DNA of 64,000 nucleotides from Rhizodiscina lignyota (Eukaryota): NCBI GenBank assembly GCA_010015805.1, contig ML978132.1, positions 620,001 to 684,000 of the forward strand, read 5' to 3'. Shown piece by piece: positions 55,016 to 64,000 of this stretch (position 1 is its first letter; each line of letters starts with the position of its first letter). The notes under the pieces were generated by a model. It saw only the letters and a program-made list of their open reading frames with translations, ran no database searches and was not told where the DNA came from. The position numbers and the translations under genes were made by a program.

Positions 55016-55689
55016 TCAACGTTCTCCGATTGAATCGATGGAGGTTACCTGAGAAGGTATAAGCACATTTTCATTACTAGATGATTTTAATCTCACCTTG
55101 AATCGCTCAAGCGTGCCCTCGAACAGCTCATTCGCAACGCCAATACCGCCAGGGTGTTCGACCGGGGACAGCGGATTCTTCACCACATACTCGATGTACA
55201 GATTCGCCCATATCTGATGCAGATGAAGCCGCAGATTCGGCACCTTGGTGTCCGTGAGCATCACGAATTTCAGCCTCGTCGGCGTTTCGTAGTAGTGCAG
55301 CTTGTATTCGCCTGTTCGATACGAAACGAAGCTGTACGCTTGGGTCAGCTTATCATCTGCCGTATGTAGAGAGTGCAAATGGCCCAACTTGTTGTCGTCG
55401 CCGCCGAGCTTCTGCACGAGACCTCTGAGGGAGAAGATCGTGCCAAAGACGAGCTTTGCGTCGTCCTCTTTTGATAGTCCCCTACGGCCTGCAGCGACGG
55501 TGTTCGCATCCCCGTTGCTCAGCACGCTGCCTCCGGACTGCGGTCGAGCTGGCTTCGCGCTCGAGAGCGGACGAGGTGTCCATCGTCTAGTGTAGATACA
55601 CTCCGCTGTTTGACGTTAGCCTCATTTATCACGTTATTCCCGGGCTCTTTACTGTGCCGGTCGAATATGTAGAAGGAGTAGACGACCAT
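55016..55689 (-). CDS. BET5: TRAPP complex subunit Bet5/TRAPPC1
   Basis: MVVYSFYIFDRH, DDAKLVFGTIFSLR, YKLHYYETPTRLKFVMLTD and YVVKNPLS; three introns, C-terminal exon uncertain. Confidence 0.9.
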
Positions 55690-56099
55690 GGCCCCTTCGT
55701 TCGCGCCGTCCGCTCGCGATGTGTGGACTCTGCAGCGCGCACTTGCAGTTCAATACGGGCTTTTGAGGCTTTCGATCAAGCAAATATTCATGTGCTTGAC
55801 GCAGGCATGAGGCATCGAATGAGAGTGATAGGTGCAAACTCCGGCACAAGCGCGCCGCAGGAAATAATCACCCCACACAGCGCCTGCAAGAGATCGGGGG
55901 TCGGGGGTCAGTGACGACGCTAGCACTAGCAGTCAGCCTTGGGCAATTATGTACAAATCCACCCAAATGTTGTAATTCTTCTCTCATCAATTCCTGACTT
56001 CCAAACGTCTCGGCTCGCCTTCGTGACTTTGGAAACTACTCGGCGAACTACATCTGTAGCATTGGTTGCTTAATTGCTATCGTACATACCCCACGTAAA

Positions 56100-58645
56100 A
56101 TGGCCGACTCTGGCGCTTCGACGCCATCGAAAAAGCGCCCCGCGGGCGACGGTGATGTACCTGGGCTCTACCCCTCCGACAATGTCACGATTGCGATACC
56201 AACTACCGGTGCAGATGGGCGACCACCAACAGTTAAACATATGTGAGTCTTCAGCTTCTTCGCGCAAAGTACCGCAACTGATGGAGTCGCAAACAGGTCT
56301 GCACCGGCCTATCAAAGTCCTATCCGCCACCACCGCCGTGAGGGGTCGAAGACGAGGAAAGAAGTGAAGGTTCGAATCTATACAAATGGCATTGTGGGAT
56401 ATAGTTCTAATACGAGATACCAAAGGAAACGCTCAACGCGCGCTCTGAATACTCCAACAGCGAAGACGATGGGACGGCACAGCACAGGATCAACCAATAC
56501 AACATCAAGCAAGAGATAGGACGAGGATCGTTCGGCGCGGTGCATCTCGCGGTCGACCAGTACGGGGAAGAATATGTAAGGCAGCATCTGCCGTGCTAAA
56601 GAGTTATGCATACTTTACTCCACCATGTTCGCGAGAGTTAGTTTTTGGGAGGTTACACGCTGACTTTGGACATATAGGCCATCAAAGAGTTCTCGAAATC
56701 AAGGTTGCGAAAGCGAGCACAGTCGAACTTGCTCAGGAGACCGGACCGCTTTCGCAGACCGAGAGGTGGGATGGCTGCAGGACTGGGATTTAATAGTCCA
56801 CTGCATAGACAATCCCCAATCCCTGCGAGCGAAGACAATGCCTTGAGTCTCATCAGGGAAGAGATTGCAATCATGAAGAAGCTGAACCATCCGAATGTGG
56901 TGAACCTAATTGAGGTGCTGGACGATCCGGACGAAGACTCGCTCTACATGGTGTTGGAAATGTGCAAGAAGGGTGTTGTGATGAAGGTGGGGCTGGAAGA
57001 TAGGGCAGATCCGTATGACGAGGAGGTTTGCAGATGCTATTTCCGAGATATGATATTGGGGATCGAATACTGTGCGTCAATTGAGGCAACGATGGTGCTA
57101 CGGTCTGACTAACTCAGTATCTAGTGCACGGCCAAGGCATCATACATCGCGATATCAAGCCCGACAACTGCCTAGTCACAGCCGATGACGTTCTTAAGAT
57201 CGTGGATTTTGGAGTATCAGAAATGTTCGAGAAGGACGCGGAGATGACGACCGCAAAGTCAGCCGGCTCTCCAGCATTTATGCCACCTGAGCTCTGCGTT
57301 GCCAAACACGGCGAGGTGTCAGGCAGAAAGGCCGACATCTGGTCTATGGGCGTCACATTGTTCTGTTTGCGTTTTGGACGTATACCCTTCGAGAAGACGG
57401 CTGTCATGGACCTCTACGAGTCCATAAGGAGCGATAATTTTGATGTTGGAGACGACCTGGACGATAATTTCCAGGATCTGATTTTCAGAATACTGGAGAA
57501 GGACCCGGACAAGCGTATCTCGATGGACGAGATCCGTGAACATCCTTGGGTCACGAAGAATGGGACTGACCCGCTGCTGCCGAAGGAAGAGAACACTGCT
57601 GATCTGATTGAACCGCCCACACAGGAGGAACTCAACGCAGCAATCACAGGAAACATGGGACACTTACTCGTTGTCGTACGTCATGCCGAGAGAAGAAACT
57701 TTGTAAGATTACGACTGCTTACCGCTGAATTAGATGAAAGCAGTCAAGCGCTTCAAACAAGTCCTTTTCAAGCGCCGTCCGGAGCTCATGGACAGCATAT
57801 TCGGCGGCGCGTCTCGCATTGTTCAGCCTCCGCTCTCAATGCGCGGCAGTAGCTCCGTCCTCGTGCGCTCAAAGAGCAACGACAGAGATGATCGGCGTCC
57901 AATCGAGCGCGCTCTTACCTCCGAAGGAGTTCACCGCGATATTGAAGTCTCGGACGACATGGACCGGTTACCGCAATCCGTCGATGAGGTTGCCATCACG
58001 GTTGACCAGGCCCAGAAAGCACCAGATGGGGTGGACCCACCCAAGCCGCACAAGGACCACAGGCTCAATACGCCGCCTCCGCCGTCAAAGCCTGCCGCGA
58101 CGTATCCTTCACCGAGCAATATGCGTAAAGGACATGCGCATGATCCGCTCGAAGACCATTTATTCCTCCATATCGGCACTGGGATCGAGGAGCACGACCA
58201 CCATGACGGCGATATCCCTGTCATTAGCGAGTCTCCTGGCGCCGTTGAGATCGATGTCTATGAGCAGGCCTACAAAGAAGAAGTCGAGCGCATCCTCAAA
58301 GAGAAGGAAGAAAAGGGACCTACGCCAACCTTGTACCTCACGCGACGTGTCGAGGATATCAAGTCTCTGCGGGACAACGTGCACACGCGCATGGGCGAAC
58401 ATCTTGATCAGGTCAAGGCGAGCGGAGAGCTCGCGAAGACGGGCTTCCAGTCGCTTCTTGGAAAGGCGAAGGAGAACGCAAAAGATGGAAAGGAGGAGCG
58501 GGATGGGGAGAAGATGGAGAGAGATCATGGCTTCAAGGGCTTGATCGCCAAGGCGAAAGAAAACGCGCGAGATGCAGTCGAGGGACACGAGAAACGCAAG
58601 GAGGAGAAGAGCAAAGCACCGGAATCGGAGAGCTCAGGCACGTGA
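56100..58645 (+). CDS. Ca2+/calmodulin-dependent protein kinase kinase (Ssp1/CmkC-like)
   Basis: ETLNARSEY, INQY..IGRGSFGAV, AIKEFSKSRLRKR, EEIAIMKKL, HRDIKPDN, DFGVSEMF and AGSPAFMPPE; five introns. Confidence 0.9.
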
Positions 58646-60836
58646 AAGACACTTGTCTGAAGCATAGGATGAGGATTTACATCAGGGATCAAGGCGCCCA
58701 GCAGCATTTTGATTCAGCCTCAACGACGGGATTAACACGTTTCTTCTGCTGCGGCCTCGAAGGGGTTGTGGTTGGGAATACAGTTCGCCAGTAAACGAGG
58801 GCCACGAGAAGGAGATGGGCTCCGGGCGCAAGGGGTACATACGTTAGCGCACACGGCATATATCGGTGCAGCTGTAGCATCATCAGCAAGGGAGCGAGTA
58901 GAGACAAGGGAAAGTGGATCGATTGTCGTTGAAATAGCGATTCGCACGGACGCACAAGTGTCGGGTAGAGTGGACGACTCTGGATATCCTGCGTTTCGGA
59001 TTGTCTTCAGGGTTCCCTGAGGAGCATGTGCAATTGCAGGGCGTCGCACGGAATTCGTGCGTGGGATGCTGGCCGTACTTCGTAGCAAAAGAAAACGTGA
59101 TGCTATCAACCGAACTGTATGGTGGCACCCTGATGTCAGAGCTGCATGCGTCTGCACCGCGGCAGTCGGATAGAGGCGACGCATAGCTGAGGGATTTTTG
59201 GCAGTGGATACCGAGCTTTGAGATGGCCTTGTCGCTGCGTAGGGTCGATCCGAGTGTGCGGCCCGCAAAAGTGGACTTTTGCCAGTGCTGGTGTGTGTTC
59301 GGGAAAGAGAGGACAGACAACCTGGCGGTCGGTGACGCGCACATCCTTGCCGGAAGGGGAAGAGGATAAATAGAAGGGTACACGCAGAAGAACCAAACGA
59401 GAGCATATTTTTGGAGTTGATAGATATTGAAACTGTGGTTGTCGCTTTGCTTCACATGCGAGCAATTGGTGGAGGCAATTGATTCGCCCCTCTCACGGAG
59501 ACAAGCATCAAGTAGGGCTGAAGTCATAATGCAGCTTCTGACCTTACACAGCAGCGGTCTAGGATTTCCAAATCAGCTCGTAAGGAATCGGAGAGTTTCG
59601 AAAACAGCATCTCCCGTCAGGTCGACGGCCGAAAGACTGCGCAGGAGAGTTGGGCGCTCTGAGAGGTCAGGCCTGAGGGGAACGACAGATTTGTCACCAG
59701 AGCATCAGGAGTGCGGGCAGAACTCCTCTGTCTCTTCCTCCTTGCCCGGTTGACCGAGGGCCAGTAGTCACTTATTTTTGCAGGCGAGCGACACCACCGC
59801 TGCTGTACGGACTTCGACATCTCACCTAGCCTCGCATGCGCGCGGTGTGCAAGGAAGGTGCAGGTTCCAGCCCGGCAGAGTGGTTGGAGTGCATGAGAGC
59901 TCGTGCTTGCGTGCAGCAGAAGGGCGGACGAGGACGTGAAAGCTGGCCTTCACCGTCGTTGTCGTTGGGACGATGCTTTGTCTGCTTCGAGCTCGTGATG
60001 GCGGAGTCTGGCCACCGCAATTTCACGAGTCGAAAGTGCGGGACAAGCTCCGGCAGAGGCGCCTCTAGCTGCTGTCCTGGAATTTGACGGTCATGCACGC
60101 GCGTGAGATTACCCAATTGCGCGATGCGTGCTCTGATATGGATGTGCGAATTGCGCCTAGAGCAGTGGAAATAAATCGCGCACGACCGGCGAGCGTGAGA
60201 CGAAGGCGTGTGCGAGCGGGGCCGCGCAAGAGAGCGAGTGGGAAGGGCATTCCCCAGACTCGAGCGGCGCCATCGACCTTCATCTCCATGCCCTTTGTCA
60301 AGCTTTGTGCGACTCGAGATATCGACACGGCGGCTTGGTGCGAGTGCTTGTCTCTTGTCGACGTGAATTGCCGAGCGGCGCAGCGCTGTTCCGAAGACAC
60401 CCATCCCTCGTCAGGCAAGTGGCCGCAGCAGGCCTGACGTCGCCCCGAAAACACCTTGATCGCAGCGCAGTGAGTTTTGTCAGCGGCACTGGTAGCGTAG
60501 CCTCGAGCGCTCCCGCGTCGCCGCCAGTTCCAACTCTGAGGCACCACGAGACCTTAGTTAATCCAGCCTGCGCACTCCTTCCACCACCTTCTCCCTCCCA
60601 TCTGTTATAACACCGCGTGCGGAGGGCTCTTGTCGCCTTCTGCTCCACCATCGACATCATTCAGCCGACCGCTGGTTTGACGGCGATCACCACCGCTCAA
60701 AAAGGGCTTCTGCCCTGCCACCGAGACCCAGTCTCACCCCGAACTCCTCACACTCGAGCAGCGAGCACGAAATCAAAGCGAAACCCGTCGTTGCACCTCC
60801 TTGAATAACACAGGTTTCCAGTCGCAGCATCCAAGA

Positions 60837-62499
60837 ATGCCTGCGACTACCTCCGCCTCTAGCGCCGACTCACAGAAAGCCCACGGATCCCCAGTCCCCT
60901 CGCTCTCCTCCTCCTCCCTGCAGTCCCACGATGGCAGCACTTTCACCATGCTCCCGCCAAACGGCGGCCCAGTCTCGAACAACTCAAAAGCATCGGAGCG
61001 GGTGCCGAACGGCGTAGAGAAATCCCCGGCACAACCGAAAAAGCCGAAAATGGCGTCGCGCCTTTCGGGCCTGTTCAAGAAGGAGGCAGCGAATGATTCT
61101 TCGCGAGACTTATTGAAAGAGAGACTCGCCGAAAAATCCGTGCTCGAGCATGAGCCCGTTAATGGTGCAACGATGTCGAGCTCGCCACCAAGCCGCCCAG
61201 ACCCAGTGAAGCGCTCGTCCTCCGGTGGCAAAGAGACCGTAACTGCAGCGCCCTCGGTTCCTGCCTCCAATGCATCGGACAAGAACAACGACAAGATAAT
61301 CAAGTCGTACACCGCGCCTACGCCGAAGCTTGACGAGCATGGCCTGCCGAAGAAGTTCTGGATCAATGAGGATGGGACGCACGAGCACTATCTCAAGGTG
61401 GCCAAGCGCCAGAAAAAGCTCAAGGACGTTCTAAGCAATATGTGGGACAAGAAGAAGGACGTCCACGAGGACCAGGCGCTGAGTTTAATGTCCGACTGGA
61501 TCTCGCAGAAGCGGAACGAGCAGGAGAAGGCAGCGACGGATTCCAAGGGCGGGCCTGGGCACTCCATGACTTTGGTCCAGAAATATGGCAAGTGCCAGGA
61601 AATTGTCGGCCACGGTGCGTTTGGCATCGTCAGAGTCGCACATAAGACCGACTCAAAAGATCCGAAGCGAGAGCAGCTCTTCGCCGTAAAGGAATTCCGC
61701 CAACGACCGGGGGAGTCCGCAAAGAAGTACCAGAAGCGTCTTACGTCCGAGTTTTGTCTCTCGAGCTCAATGCAGCATCCCAACGTCATCCACACGCTCG
61801 ACCTGCTCAAAGACGACAAGGGCGACTATTGCGAGGTCATGGAGTACTGTGCCGGCGGTGACTTGTACACCTTAATCCTTGCTGCACAGACGCTCGAGGT
61901 CCTCGAGGCCGACTGCTACTTCAAGCAGCTTATGCGTGGCGTCGAATACATGCACGAAATGGGCGTTGCTCACCGTGATCTCAAACCCGAGAACTTGCTG
62001 CTTACCCAGCACGGCGCTCTCAAGATCACCGACTTCGGGAACGGCGAGTGCTTCCGTATGGCATGGGAGAAAGAAGCGCACATGACAGCCGGTCTGTGCG
62101 GTTCTGCTCCCTACATTGCCCCTGAAGAATACGTCGACAACGAATTTGACCCGCGTGCCGTCGACGTCTGGGCTTGTGGTATCATCTACATGGCCATGCG
62201 GACCGGCCGGCATTTGTGGCGTACGGCAAGGAAAGGAGAGGACGAGTTCTACACGCGGTATCTGGAGGACAGGAAGGAGGAGAGTGGATTCCGACCAATT
62301 GAGATTCTCCGAAGAGTAAGCCATATCACCCCTCACATTAACATTCTATGCTAACAAACTTTTGCAGCGTCCTTGCCGCAACGTCATCTACTCTATCCTC
62401 GACCCCAACCCGAACCGACGCCTCAATGCACACCAAGTGCTTTCGTCCGAATGGGTTGCCGACATCAAGGTCTGCCGTGCTGGCGAGGAGGGGTACTAA
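60837..62499 (+). CDS. Hal4/Sat4-family Ser/Thr kinase
   Basis: KYGKCQEIVGHGAFG, KRLTSEFC, HRDLKPENLLL, TDFGNGECF and GLCGSAPYIAPEE. Intron 62316-62367; stop 62497-62499. Confidence 0.92.
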
Positions 62500-64000
62500 G
62501 TCTTTGCTATCTCTTTCCTTTCTTCTAGGATGGATGGTAATGATTTACGTGCCCCTCTGCGAATAATCTTGGAGCTTGCCACGGTCTTTCTCGCCTCCAC
62601 TTCTTCGAATTTACGATGCTTTTGCACGAGCGAGCGCATACCCCCACTGCTGCCGTTCACGACACATCCAGCGTTCCGTTCCTCGTTCTTTCTTCTTCGA
62701 TCCACTTTGCATCAAAATGGCATGGCGTCGGACTTCTGCGGCTTCGGGTCAGGCTTAGGGCTCAAAGGATTGGCGGTGTTTCTCGCTCACTCTATGAAAT
62801 GCTGCAATGACGCTTACGTTCTTCTTGGCGGGAGACGGTAGATTGAATTCAGCGAGTTGATGGGAGAGGAGATCTTTTTTTTTTGTGTACAATTTTTGAT
62901 TGATAGAGGATTGGGCGGCTAGCTGCTGAGTTCATTTTTTCGAAAGATTGTGGAACGCCTCCCCTTCTCTCTTCTGATGACACTGAAATGTAAGCATGAC
63001 CCTGTGTGCGATGTATTGTATGTCTTGCGTGCCGGCCTTGATACCCCTATCGGTTCTTGAAGAAGCCGCTGTATCTAAAGATGTATATGCCTGTAACACT
63101 ACGTATATTCTGTATGGATATTATTCAAATAGTATCGAAAAGGCCGATAAATCATAAGACGAAGCAGGGTTGCGAATTACGGTGGAGCTGTGACACTCAG
63201 CGAGACTGTCAAGTGATAGCAGGATCACGATCGAAGTTCAATTGGACAATGTCCCCAAAGTTAAGTGTCCTCTTTCGTGTCTGGCCTACACATATGAATG
63301 TTGTAACCTCGGAGCATCTGGGTATTTTCTACACTTCGTACTGAGCACGCCAAACGCTCAATTATATCACCTAATACAGTTTAGCGTCTCTCAAAGCCAA
63401 AGGCTTGGCGGACTTGGCATTACCATCGACATCTGCCCCTGCTACCCAAGAGTATCTCTTTCGCATAGATCACTCTACGACTTCATATCATCCTTCGAAT
63501 TAGGCCCAATAGCTTTTGCCAACGCACGGCTAGAGCTGTGCATCATAGGAAGATACAATGATCCAATTGCACCCTCCATGGCTGTACTACCTGCATCATG
63601 CACCAGGTTAAGGTACTGTTGGAATGACGGCATGCTTCTGTGCTACCATTGCTTTCAGCTCGTCCAACTCCTTTAATTTGTGTCTCTTCAACTTCTCCTT
63701 ATCTCTGTTTGTCCCAATCATGAATCAAGCACTTTGGCACAAGCATACTGCACTCTGTTGAACGCTACTTTATCGGCTGGACCACTGCCTGCGCGCGATT
63801 TATGTCTTGCAGGGCGAACAGATTATGCAAGAATAAACCCAATCAATCGAATGTGTCACTTATCATTGAGATATTTCGTTGTCAGCACGGCGTATGACGA
63901 CTTTGCACCGCCTCACTTCCTACAGCAATGGACGATTTCTTGGTCTTTACCAGCAGTACTGGCGGCTTTCCATTGAAGTATGGCTTCCGACAGCACCTTG

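Noticed and set aside
58700..60800. Many overlapping ORFs upstream of the Hal4 kinase
   Set aside because: GC-rich intergenic sequence with no recognisable motifs.
63050..64000. Possible coding relic (LIHDWD on the minus strand)
   Set aside because: Single short motif amid stops; insufficient support.

Overview
Intron-rich fungal genomic DNA (filamentous ascomycete; GTRAGY donors, CTRAC branch points, short introns). About 20 genes can be reconstructed by hand-splicing. They include a DHA1 MFS transporter, RAI1/DXO, STE12, FAF1, HIS6, GET4, a Snf2/Sth1 remodeller, a BAR protein, RPL2, a WHIM-domain protein, MMM1, a PHO84-like transporter, an SDR, BET5, a CaMKK and a Hal4/Sat4 kinase. Accessory or decayed stretches lie at about 1-4.8 kb, 10.5-12.7 kb, 29-30 kb and 43.6-53.8 kb. 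The last contains a frameshifted secreted DUF1593-type enzyme, a 10-Cys Kex2-processed secreted peptide and a subtilase pseudogene. The most unusual signals are a highly diverged non-coding tandem array with an exact 166-bp period (11.4-12.65 kb), competing intronic base-pairings around the skippable zinc-finger exon of STE12, and a structured candidate ncRNA between RPL2 and the BAR gene. No tRNA, rRNA, CRISPR array or intact transposon was recognised. All assignments come from motif recognition by eye; no database searches were run.
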